This document shows, piece by piece, positions 24,740 through 33,656 of a stretch of 64,000 bases of DNA. Below the pieces are notes generated by a model. The model was given only the letters and a program-made list of their open reading frames with translations, was not told the origin of the DNA and did not search any database. Position 1 is the stretch's first letter, and each line of letters opens with the position of its first letter. The translations under genes were made by a program, and so were the position numbers. The DNA is from Polyangiaceae bacterium. Lineage in GTDB: Bacteria; Myxococcota_A; Polyangia; Polyangiales; Polyangiaceae. The DNA lies in assembly GCA_025936115.1 (NCBI GenBank), contig JAICTZ010000038.1, positions 1,975-65,974 on the forward strand, written 5' to 3'.

Positions 24740-26536
24740 ATGACGTGTCACTCTGCGCTCAGGTGTGTAGCGAGGCGCCGGGTAGGTCCGAGCGCGCAGC
24801 TCGTGAGCTGCGGCGCTTGGCTCGTGCTCGTCGCGTGCGGAGGGGGAACGACGAGCACCGAGCACACGCCGGCGGCGCGAGCTGCGGCGGGACAGGCGGG
24901 CGCGAGCGCGGCGCCGTCGGCGGGCGGCGCAGGCGGCAGGCCGAGCCTACCGGCTGGGGGTGCGCCGAACAGCGCCGGTACGGCGGGAGCTTTCGGCGGA
25001 ACTGCGCAGGGTCTGGCGGGAAGTGCTGCTGTCGTCGCTGGCTCTTCGAACGGTGGCGCGGGCGGGCTCGGAGCAGCGGGTGGAGGCGCGGATCAGGCGG
25101 GTAGCGCGGGGACGTCCGGCGGCGCTCTGGCGGGTAACGGTGGCGGCGCGGGTGCGGCGCCGCTTGGCGCTTTGACGCTCACGGGCCTCAAGATCGAGGC
25201 GAACCCGAACATGACGATCTCGTGCTTCGTCTCCTGGACGACGGCCGAGCCGGCGAGCGCCGAGGTCGATTTCGGAGAAACGAGCTACACGTCGCGCATC
25301 GTCGACCGGACGCTCGCCACCGAGCATCGCGTGCTCGTGATCGGCATGCACGCGAAGCAAGCGTACAAGCTCAAGGCGGTGTCCGCGACCGCGACGGCGT
25401 CAGGTAGCCTCGAGGGGACGTTCACGACGGGCACGCTTCCCGCGAGCTTGCCGACCCCTACGCTGACCGCCAGCGACTCAGCGAATACCCAGCCAGGCTG
25501 GACGCTCACGAACATCATGCCCGCCACGAGCGCGCCCGCGCTCGCCGTGATGTACGACGAAAAGGGGCTGCCGGTGTGGTACTACGTGCACGGGACGCAC
25601 GCCGATAGCCGCGGTGACGTCGACACGAAGCTCGTCGGCAGCAGCGTGCTCGTGGGACCGACGAGCGGCGAGCCGGCGCGGGAAGTAGATCTTTCGGGTA
25701 AAGTGCTGTGGGAGGGGCCAGCGCAGAGCAATCAGGAGCTCGCGACGCATTTCTTCGGCAAGACGTCCACGGGGAACTACTTGTTGAACATCGAGCTCGA
25801 CAAGGCCGCCCAGAACGGCTCGACCAAAATCGACAATCAACGCATCGAGGAGCTTACCTCGAGCAAGGCGAGCGCGTGGTCGTGGACCTTCTTCGATCAC
25901 GTCATGCCCGCCGGCAATCGCGAGGAGCTCTGCCACGGCAATCTGATCATCGACGACGAGGCGGCCGGGGTCGTCTACTACAATTGCCGGTTTCTCGGCC
26001 TCTTCAAGCTCGAGCGCTCCTCGGGCAACATCCTCTGGCGTCTCGGCGGCAGCTACGACACCACGAGCATGGGTCCCGGTGACTTCACCTTCGATCCGCC
26101 GGCGTCGCAGTTCAGCGACTCGCACGAGCCGGAGTTCCACGCGGACGGCACGCTCATCCTGTACGACAACGGCGGCTATTCGCAGAGCGGCGGCTTCGGC
26201 GGCAACTCACAGAACTACCACTCGCGCGTCGTCGAATATCAGCTCGACGAAGCGCAAAAGACGGCGACGCGCACGTGGGAGTTTCCCGGCAACTTCGACG
26301 TGGACGCTTGGTACAAGACGAGCTGGTATTCGCCATTTTGGGGCGATGCCGATCGGCTGGCAAACGGCAACGTGCTCGTGACGGCGCCGACCAAGTCCTC
26401 GAGCGCCTCGACGCGCATTTTCGAGGTCACGCGCGCAGGCAAGGTCGTCTGGGAGCTCACGTTCCCGGCGAACGTCGGCACCTTCAAAGCGGATCGGCTT
26501 TGGCCGCCGCCGCTCGTCGAAGCCATCACGCCCTAG
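24740..26536 (+). CDS. Arylsulfotransferase (ASST)-like beta-propeller lipoprotein
   Basis: Lipobox LVLVAC, a ~110-aa Gly/Ala/Ser linker, then GNILWRLGG and HEPEFHADGTLILYDNGG motifs of the ASST-type propeller. Confidence 0.75.
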   Translation: MTCHSALRCVARRRVGPSAQLVSCGAWLVLVACGGGTTSTEHTPAARAAAGQAGASAAPSAGGAGGRPSLPAGGAPNSAGTAGAFGGTAQGLAGSAAVVAGSSNGGAGGLGAAGGGADQAGSAGTSGGALAGNGGGAGAAPLGALTLTGLKIEANPNMTISCFVSWTTAEPASAEVDFGETSYTSRIVDRTLATEHRVLVIGMHAKQAYKLKAVSATATASGSLEGTFTTGTLPASLPTPTLTASDSANTQPGWTLTNIMPATSAPALAVMYDEKGLPVWYYVHGTHADSRGDVDTKLVGSSVLVGPTSGEPAREVDLSGKVLWEGPAQSNQELATHFFGKTSTGNYLLNIELDKAAQNGSTKIDNQRIEELTSSKASAWSWTFFDHVMPAGNREELCHGNLIIDDEAAGVVYYNCRFLGLFKLERSSGNILWRLGGSYDTTSMGPGDFTFDPPASQFSDSHEPEFHADGTLILYDNGGYSQSGGFGGNSQNYHSRVVEYQLDEAQKTATRTWEFPGNFDVDAWYKTSWYSPFWGDADRLANGNVLVTAPTKSSSASTRIFEVTRAGKVVWELTFPANVGTFKADRLWPPPLVEAITP

Positions 26537-27545
26537 CCGCGAGCTCGACGCGGATCTCACCCGTCGTAAGGCCCGCGTAGTTGCGGAGCGCGGGGCGCGC
26601 GTGCGGCTCGAGCAGCGGAAAGCGCGAGAGGTCGTCGAGCACGCCGAGCGTCTGCAACACCGCGACACAGAGCGGCGCGAGCGCGCGTTCGCCGCCGTCG
26701 TGCACCTTGATGGCGATGCCGAGCGGCGGATCACGAAAGCCGATACCCTGGATCGCCTCGGCGCCGCCCTTGTTCACGACGTTGCCCGGGAACGAACGCG
26801 CGAGGTCGTAGTCGAACCTGGCGTCGCCCGAGATCAAGAAGGGCTCCTTTTGCATCGCGTCGCGCACGCGGGCGAGCGCGCTCGCGGTGTCCCGGTCCGG
26901 CGCGCTTGCGAGCGCCAAATTCCTGAAGGCGAGGGCCACGTGCGTGAGCGGCAGCGCGTAGGTGGGCGCGCTGCAGCCGTCGATGGCGGGCACGAGCGAG
27001 TCGGGCAGCAGCTCGGACGCGCGTTCGATCGCGCGGCGCACGGCGGTTTGAACCACGGCCTGCGGCTCGAGGTACGCCGCCGGCGGCTGCGCCAAATGGC
27101 GCGAGAGCGCCAAGAATCCGGCGTGTTTCCCGGAGCAGTTGTGGCGCAAGGGATCGCGATCTTCGCCGTGGAGCGGGTAGGCGCCGCGCAGGCGCAGTTC
27201 GAGCGGGAGCTGGGTGCCGCACTTCAGTGCTTGCGGGCTCGCGCCGGAGCGAGCGAGTAGTCGCGTCACGACGGCGACATGGCGATCGCTGCCGTTGTGC
27301 GACGCACAGGCCACGGCGAGCTCGGCGTCGTCGATGCCGAGCGCATCGAGCGCGCCGGAGCTCGCGAGCGGCAAGGCTTGGAACGGCTTTGCGGTCGACC
27401 GCAGCACGACGTGTGCCGCGGGATCGCCGAAGTGCGCGACGAGCCGCCCCGCTTCGGCCACGACGGCGACTGATGCCGTATGAACTGCATCGACGTGCTC
27501 ACCTCGGAAGACGCGCACCATGGCGGCCGGGTGTGAAATCGACAT
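26526..27545 (-). CDS. Asparaginase II family protein
   Basis: 339 aa. STAKPFQALP and NCSGKHAGFLAL are signatures of the Rhizobium-type (PF06089) asparaginase. Confidence 0.8.
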   Translation of the reverse strand: MSISHPAAMVRVFRGEHVDAVHTASVAVVAEAGRLVAHFGDPAAHVVLRSTAKPFQALPLASSGALDALGIDDAELAVACASHNGSDRHVAVVTRLLARSGASPQALKCGTQLPLELRLRGAYPLHGEDRDPLRHNCSGKHAGFLALSRHLAQPPAAYLEPQAVVQTAVRRAIERASELLPDSLVPAIDGCSAPTYALPLTHVALAFRNLALASAPDRDTASALARVRDAMQKEPFLISGDARFDYDLARSFPGNVVNKGGAEAIQGIGFRDPPLGIAIKVHDGGERALAPLCVAVLQTLGVLDDLSRFPLLEPHARPALRNYAGLTTGEIRVELAARA

Positions 27546-27727
27546 GCGGCTAGTCTAATCGCGCCGGCATGCCGTGCAGCGACTGGCAGCATCGCTACGG
27601 GCGCGCGTGGTGGTTCGAGCCCGAACGCAGGTGAAAGCGGCATGTCCGCACGCCTTCGACGCGCTGTTCTGAGCGTCGAGTCACCGCGCATTGGCCTCCC
27701 GCGCACGTGAGGTGCGGGAGGTTCGCG

Positions 27728-29008
27728 TCAGACCCGGGCTCTGAGTCCGCGCACGCTCGAGGCGACGCCGACGAGCATGACGCTTCCGGCGAGCAGCGCC
27801 CACTCCGTCAAGAGTCGCCGATCGATGAGCGCCCCCGCGACGATCGGTCCCACGATTTGCGACACGGACATCAGCGATTGGTTCAAGCCGAGCACGACGC
27901 CTTGCTCGCTGCGGCTCACGTGCTGGGTGATGAGGCTCGTGAGCACGGGCCGGAGCACGCCCGTCCCGAAGGAGGCGACCGTTACGGCGACGGCGAGGGA
28001 CGAGATGCCGTAACTTGCGCCGAGCAGCGCGTAGCCCGCCGCCGCAGTGACGAAGCCGAGCAGCACGAGGCGTGGCTCGCGCACGGCTCGGACGAGGGCG
28101 CCCTGCCGTAGCGAGCTCTGCACGATGATGCCGAGGAAACCCGAGTACATGAAGACGTACCCGACTTCCTTCGGCCCGAAGGGCACGCCGTGGAGCGAGT
28201 AGCGCCGTTCGGCGAAGAGCGCTGCGCCCGACGTGAACATCGAAAACGCGAGCGTGAAGAGGAAGAATTCGAGCAGCAGTGCCCCGAGCACGGGGCGGCG
28301 GAAGTACCCGGCGTAGGTGCCCCAATCGAGGACACGTAGCCGGCGACCGCCCGGCGCGACGGGTGCGTTCGGATCGTCCGTGGGACCGTGTTCGGGCTTG
28401 CCGCCGGGCAGGAGCACGAGCGTGCCGAGAATGCTGAGGAAGGAGAGCCCGGCGGCGCCGAGGATCGGCACACGAAAGCCGAATTGGTGGGTGAGGTAGC
28501 CCGACGCCCCCGGGCCGACGAGAAATCCGATGCCGAAGGCGATCCCGATCAAAGCAAACGCTCGAGCGCGCTCTTTGGGTTGCGTGGTGTCGGCGATGTA
28601 GGCCTGCGCCGTGGACAGGTTGCCTGCCGTGAGTCCGTCGAGCACGCGCGCCACGAAGACCACGGCGAGATTCGGCGCCCAGGCGAGTAGCAAGAGGCCT
28701 GCGAACGTGCCGACCTGGCTCACGGCGAGCACGGGTTTGCGCCCGACTCGGTCGGAGATCTGACCGAGCACGGGACCCGCTACGAGCTGACAGAACGCGT
28801 AGGCGCCGACGAGTAGGCCGACGACCGCCGGACTTGCTCCGAAGTGCTCGGCGTAAAACGGCAAGAGCGGGAGCATGATCGTGAGGGCGAGGACGTCGAC
28901 CGCCACGATCAGAAAGATGGGGAGCAGCGAAACGCCGCCGGGCGCGCTTTTGCCTGGAGAGGGAGCCAAGAAGGGTGCCGGGGTGGGCGGCCGCCCGCGT
29001 CTTAGCAC
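27728..29008 (-). CDS. MFS efflux transporter (Tet/TCR-like)
   Basis: 426 aa with 12 TM segments. The GQISDRVGRKPVL motif lies between TM2 and TM3. Confidence 0.85.
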   Translation of the reverse strand: MLRRGRPPTPAPFLAPSPGKSAPGGVSLLPIFLIVAVDVLALTIMLPLLPFYAEHFGASPAVVGLLVGAYAFCQLVAGPVLGQISDRVGRKPVLAVSQVGTFAGLLLLAWAPNLAVVFVARVLDGLTAGNLSTAQAYIADTTQPKERARAFALIGIAFGIGFLVGPGASGYLTHQFGFRVPILGAAGLSFLSILGTLVLLPGGKPEHGPTDDPNAPVAPGGRRLRVLDWGTYAGYFRRPVLGALLLEFFLFTLAFSMFTSGAALFAERRYSLHGVPFGPKEVGYVFMYSGFLGIIVQSSLRQGALVRAVREPRLVLLGFVTAAAGYALLGASYGISSLAVAVTVASFGTGVLRPVLTSLITQHVSRSEQGVVLGLNQSLMSVSQIVGPIVAGALIDRRLLTEWALLAGSVMLVGVASSVRGLRARV

Positions 29009-29077
29009 GCGAGGACTCTACGGTGGTCCGAAACGCGCTACCCCTAACCGGTCACGCTGCGTGCGTTTTTGTCGCGC

Positions 29078-29863
29078 TCAGCGCTTGCCCGCCCACTCGA
29101 TCGCGTGCGTGAGCATGCCCAGAAAGAGCGGCTCGCCGTAGCTTTGCTTGGTGTGGCCGAGCGCCGTGTAAAACGCGCGTCCGCCCGCGTACTCGTGGAG
29201 CCAGGTGATGGGGTGATCGGCGCCCATCGTCGCCGTGCCGGGCGAGTAGCTCGACTCGTCGAGCGTGAGGAGGACGTGCACGTTCGGCCGTGGATTGTCG
29301 CGGAACGCGTACCATTCATCGGTGCGTGACCAGGTCGCGGGTAGCCCGACCGTCGTCGGGTCGTTCGCGTCCTCGAGCTTCAAGTCGGCTGCTTGGATCG
29401 CCGGGTGTTCGCGGAAGTAGGCGCCGACGAGCTCGCCGTAAAACGGCCAATCGTACTCCGTGTCACTCGCGGAGTGGACGCCGACGAAGCCCTTGCCGGC
29501 ACGAATGAAGCGCTCGAAGGCCGCTTGCTGGTCGTCGTCGAGCACGTCTCCGGTCGTCGAAAGGAAGACGACGACGTCGAGGGCTCCGAGGCCTCGGTCC
29601 GTGAAGACGCTCGCGTCGTCGGTCGTCGAGAGAGTCCACCCCGCGCTCACGGCTATCTTCTCGAGCGCGGCCTGGCCGTCCGGGATCGAATCGTGGTGGT
29701 AGGCCGCCGTCTTCGAGAAGACGAGCACGGCGAGTGACGCACCCGGAGCGCCCGCGGAGCCCGCCGCGCCAGCGGCGCCCGAATGCGGAGGTGTCGCGCG
29801 GTCACTGCTGCACGCGACGCTCATCACGGCAGCGAACACGACGAGATGGCGCGAGAGCCGCAC
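29078..29863 (-). CDS. ThuA-domain lipoprotein
   Basis: GTG start and lipobox AVMSVAC. VLVFSKTAAYHHDSIP, FVGVHSASDTEYDWPFY and HPITWLHEYAGGRAFYTALGHT are ThuA-like. Confidence 0.75.
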   Translation of the reverse strand: MRLSRHLVVFAAVMSVACSSDRATPPHSGAAGAAGSAGAPGASLAVLVFSKTAAYHHDSIPDGQAALEKIAVSAGWTLSTTDDASVFTDRGLGALDVVVFLSTTGDVLDDDQQAAFERFIRAGKGFVGVHSASDTEYDWPFYGELVGAYFREHPAIQAADLKLEDANDPTTVGLPATWSRTDEWYAFRDNPRPNVHVLLTLDESSYSPGTATMGADHPITWLHEYAGGRAFYTALGHTKQSYGEPLFLGMLTHAIEWAGKR

Positions 29864-29919
29864 GCGGCGGGAGTCTACACGACGCTGCCGGACGCGCGAG
29901 ACGGCCGCAGGCGTCCGAC

Positions 29920-30255
29920 TCAGCGCTTCGAGAGTCGCGACAGTCGCGCCGCTCGCCGGTTCCAAGCCGGGACGAAGGTGAGCCGCCCGACCAGGAAATA
30001 CACGCCCGTGAGCACCGCCGGCAGCACCCACGGCGAAAGCACGGGCCGGTCCAGAAATCTACCGGCCAGCAGCAGGAGCACGTTGCCGACGACGCCGAAG
30101 AGGCAGCCGAGCAAGAGGCTCATCGAAAACGCACGGCCGATGCCGATCCGCTCGTGGCGTGCCGGACGGAACGCTAGCAGCGGCCCCCAGTTGCTTTCGG
30201 AATCACAGTAGTCGGTGAAGAGGTTGTCGTCGTGCGTTGGATTCGGCTCGAGCAT
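29920..30255 (-). CDS. Small membrane protein
   Basis: 111 aa from the internal ATG, with two or three TM segments. Confidence 0.5.
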   Translation of the reverse strand: MLEPNPTHDDNLFTDYCDSESNWGPLLAFRPARHERIGIGRAFSMSLLLGCLFGVVGNVLLLLAGRFLDRPVLSPWVLPAVLTGVYFLVGRLTFVPAWNRRAARLSRLSKR

Positions 30256-30420
30256 TAAGCTTACCCCAGAGTCACATTTTCTGACACGCGGAGCGGCTCC
30301 TCGCAAACGGCGCCCGCGTTTCTGCGAGCGCTTCGGCCAAATCTTTTACTTGAGCGACGCCTCCCGAGGCGCGACCCTGAGGGGGTGCATGTAGGGAGCG
30401 TCGGCACCGCTCGGGACGGA

Positions 30421-31374
30421 ATGTACGAGAGACGTGAGGTGCGGCCTTGGGTGCTCGTCCTCGGCGTGCTCGCTTGCAGCCCTGCGCCCGCGCGCGCGCC
30501 CGCTCCGGCGCCGAAATCCCCGCAGGCGCTTCCCACTCCCGCCGTGGCGCCGCTCTTCGAGCAAGGCAATGCGAGTTGCGAAAAACGGATGGCGACCTCG
30601 CTGTCGCGGCAAACGACGTTGGCGGGCAAGCTCGACGTCCTCGAGCACGCGTGCGCGCTCGGTTGTGCAGCCGCATGCGACGGTGCCGGCACGCTGCTTC
30701 GTACGGGTCCCTCCGAGCCGAGGAGCGACGAGCGAGCGGCCGCGTACTACGAGCGCGCCTGCACGGCCAAGGACCCGCGCGGGTGCATTCATCTCGGCGA
30801 GCTTCGAGAGCGCGGGCAGGGGACGGCGCGTAGTCTCGCCGGCGCGAGGGAAGCCTATGACGCCGCGTGCGAGCTCCGCGACGGCGACGGTTGCGCGGCG
30901 CACGGCGAGCTCCTCGAAGCCGAACCGCCCGATCTGCCGGCGGCCGTCGCCGAGTACACGCGCGGTTGCGCGCTCGACAGCGGCCGAGCCTGCGCGCGGC
31001 TCGCGCGGGCGCACGAGCGCGGGGACGAGGTCGCACGCGACGTCGCGCGCGCCGTAGAGCTGTACGAGCGTGCCTGCGAGCTCGAGGCTGCGAGCGGTTG
31101 TGTCGGAGCGGCGCGGCTCCTCCAAACGGCGCCGGAAGGCGCGGATTCAGCGCGTATCGAGCGCCTCGAGCGCAGGGCGGTCGCGCTCGCCGCACAGAGC
31201 TGCAACGACGGGGAGGCGCAAGCGTGCGCGCTGCTCGGGGACGCTTACCGAGACGGCGCCGGAGTCGAGAAAGACGTGAAGCGTGCGGCTCGGCTCTACG
31301 CCCTCGGTTGCAAAGAAGGTGTCGAAGCGGCGTGTGAAGGCTTGAAGCGCTTGCCGGTCACGACGCAGCCGTGA
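30421..31374 (+). CDS. Sel1-like repeat (SLR/TPR) lipoprotein
   Basis: Lipobox LGVLAC. It has repeated ~36-aa units of the form A..YY/LYERAC...D..GC..LG.L...G.GV. Confidence 0.8.
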   Translation: MYERREVRPWVLVLGVLACSPAPARAPAPAPKSPQALPTPAVAPLFEQGNASCEKRMATSLSRQTTLAGKLDVLEHACALGCAAACDGAGTLLRTGPSEPRSDERAAAYYERACTAKDPRGCIHLGELRERGQGTARSLAGAREAYDAACELRDGDGCAAHGELLEAEPPDLPAAVAEYTRGCALDSGRACARLARAHERGDEVARDVARAVELYERACELEAASGCVGAARLLQTAPEGADSARIERLERRAVALAAQSCNDGEAQACALLGDAYRDGAGVEKDVKRAARLYALGCKEGVEAACEGLKRLPVTTQP

Positions 31375-31392
31375 GTCAGGTAGCTCGCGACT

Positions 31393-32484
31393 TCAGTACT
31401 TGGGGGCGAGCGCGAGTCGCGGCGACCCGGCGAGTTGCCCGCAGGCTCCGTCCACGTCGCGCCCTCGTGAGCGGCGCACGGTCACGAGCGTCGGCCGGCG
31501 ACCAACGAGCGCGTGCAGGAACGCGTCGATGCGCGCGTCGTCCGGTGACTCGAAGCGCGCCCCCGGGTGCGAGTTGAACGGGATCACGTTGACGTGGTGC
31601 GGAAATCCCGCGCACAGGTCGGCGAGGCGCGCGGCGTCCGCGGGCTCGTCGTTCACGCCGGCGAGCAGCACGTATTCGACGGTGATGCGTTCGCGTGGTC
31701 GACACGGGTAGCGCTCGAGCGCGCCGATCAGCGTCTCGAGCGGGTAGCGACGGTTGACGGGCATGAGCGCGTCGCGGAGCTCGTTCGTGGTCGCGTTGAG
31801 GCTCACGGCGAGCAGGGGACGTGCGGGAACGTGCGCGAGCGCTTCGATCGCCGGCACGAGCCCAGCCGTCGAAAGCGTGATGCGCCGGGGCGAGAGCCCT
31901 AGGCCCGCCGTCGTGGTGAGCACGCGCACGGCGCGCACCACGTTCTCGAAATTGTGGAGCGGCTCGCCCATGCCCATGAACACGAGCGAAAGCTCGCCGG
32001 GGTGGCGCGGGCCAAGCTCGCGGAGCACGACCAAGACCTGCGCGACGATTTCGCCCGCGCTCAGGTGACGTCCGAATCCGAGCGCGGCCGTCGCGCAGAA
32101 CGCGCAGCCGAGCGCGCAGCCGACCTGGCTGGAAATGCAGAGTGTGACGCGGCCCTGGCCGACCGAGCGAGGCATATAGACGACTTCGACGCGGTCGCCG
32201 CGTGCCGGCATGATGAGGACCAGCTTTTCTGCGCCGTCGCTCGACCGGCGCCGCGCGCCGATGAACGGCAACGCCGCACCTCGCTCGGCGACGGCCTGCG
32301 CGGCGCGCGCGCCGAGTGCAGGTCGCCCGGCGTGCCAGCGCCATGGCCGCTGCAGGGCTGAAAACAAGGTGCTTCCCGAGACACCCGCTGCGAGTGCGTC
32401 GAGCTCGGCCGGCTCGAGCGCCCAGCTGTCGCACGCTTGGCCGAGCGCTGCCGAGGGCACGAGCATGTCGCGTGGGTAGCGCAT
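31393..32484 (-). CDS. rlmN: 23S rRNA/tRNA (adenine-C2)-methyltransferase, radical SAM
   Basis: CISSQVGCALGCAFCATA (CxxxCxxC) and MGMGEPLHNF, with the overall RlmN length and layout. Confidence 0.88.
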   Translation of the reverse strand: MRYPRDMLVPSAALGQACDSWALEPAELDALAAGVSGSTLFSALQRPWRWHAGRPALGARAAQAVAERGAALPFIGARRRSSDGAEKLVLIMPARGDRVEVVYMPRSVGQGRVTLCISSQVGCALGCAFCATAALGFGRHLSAGEIVAQVLVVLRELGPRHPGELSLVFMGMGEPLHNFENVVRAVRVLTTTAGLGLSPRRITLSTAGLVPAIEALAHVPARPLLAVSLNATTNELRDALMPVNRRYPLETLIGALERYPCRPRERITVEYVLLAGVNDEPADAARLADLCAGFPHHVNVIPFNSHPGARFESPDDARIDAFLHALVGRRPTLVTVRRSRGRDVDGACGQLAGSPRLALAPKY

Positions 32485-32535
32485 CGCCGCACGCTCGGGA
32501 AGCTTGCTCAGGACGGCGTGCTATCGACAACTCGC

Positions 32536-33531
32536 ATGCTTTCATCCCGGCTCCCTGTTTTGGCCAGGCTGCCTCTCGCGCTTGCCGTCGCTCTTCCTGC
32601 CTGTTCTTCGCCGTCGAATGGCGGAGGCAGCGGCGGGGCGGGCGGCGCTGCCGGCCTGAGCGGAGGCGCGGGCCGGGCCAGCGGTGGCCTGGGGCCTGGT
32701 GGCACGAGTAGCCGCGGCGGCAACGCAGGTAGCGGCGGCGGCAATGGAGGCATGGCAGGGACGAGCGGCTCCGCAGGAAGCAGCGCCGGCGCCGGAGCGA
32801 GCGCGGGCACGAGCGCCGCTGGCGCCGGTGGAACGAGCGGCGCCGGATGCGCCGCAGTGGCCGGCAAGATCCTGTGCGAGGATTTCGAGTCCGAGATGGC
32901 GGGCTCGTTGCCGACGGGCGCGCCTTGGGCGGCGCTCAACTGCTTCGACACGACGCACGTGCTCAAGGTGGACGCAGGCGCGCGTCACGGCGGCACGCAA
33001 TCACTCTTGGGGGAGAACATCCCCTACGCCGATTGCCAGCTCCACGCCGATCTGGGCGCGTCCCTCGGCGAGTATTGGGTGCGCGCCTGGATCTACTACG
33101 GCAATGCGGCGCCCACGTCCTCCACGCACGAGGTGAGCTTGTTCGAGCTCATGCCCCAGGCGAGCACCGACGATCCTTCCATTCGCGTCGGGTACCGCGG
33201 TGACACCTGCAGCCCCGTGGGCGTGGAACTGAACATCACGGGCGGCGGCCAAGAAGAGACCGGCTGCACCGGGGCGGTGCCGGCTGCAAACACCTGGTAC
33301 TGCTACGTCCTTCACGTCAAACAAGCGGCGACGAGCGTCACGGCCGATCTCTCCATAGACGGGATGGATCAGTCGTACACGAACCACGGCAGTCCGCAGA
33401 CGGAGATCACGAGTCAGGTGGCGAATATCCGGTACCTGCGGCTCGGTCCGCGCTCGTACTCCGGCAATTTTGGCAGCCCAATTTACGTCGATGACGTGGC
33501 CGTCGCGACCGAGCCGCTCGGGTGCCAGTAG
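32536..33531 (+). CDS. Lipoprotein with ConA/LamG-like jelly-roll C-terminal domain (tentative)
   Basis: Lipobox ALPAC and a Gly/Ala/Ser linker, then a ~230-aa beta-rich domain (YWVRAWIYYG..., IYVDDVAVA) reminiscent of LamG or polysaccharide-lyase-type folds. Confidence 0.6.
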   Translation: MLSSRLPVLARLPLALAVALPACSSPSNGGGSGGAGGAAGLSGGAGRASGGLGPGGTSSRGGNAGSGGGNGGMAGTSGSAGSSAGAGASAGTSAAGAGGTSGAGCAAVAGKILCEDFESEMAGSLPTGAPWAALNCFDTTHVLKVDAGARHGGTQSLLGENIPYADCQLHADLGASLGEYWVRAWIYYGNAAPTSSTHEVSLFELMPQASTDDPSIRVGYRGDTCSPVGVELNITGGGQEETGCTGAVPAANTWYCYVLHVKQAATSVTADLSIDGMDQSYTNHGSPQTEITSQVANIRYLRLGPRSYSGNFGSPIYVDDVAVATEPLGCQ

Positions 33532-33656
33532 GCTTCTGTCCGAACGCTTCCCCGCGTGCAGAAAATTCTGGCAGTCTCCCACGGGTAGTCTCCCCCCTGA
33601 CACTCGGATCCTGGATGACGTGGTCCCCGCTCGTGTCATACTCCGAGGGCTTGACC

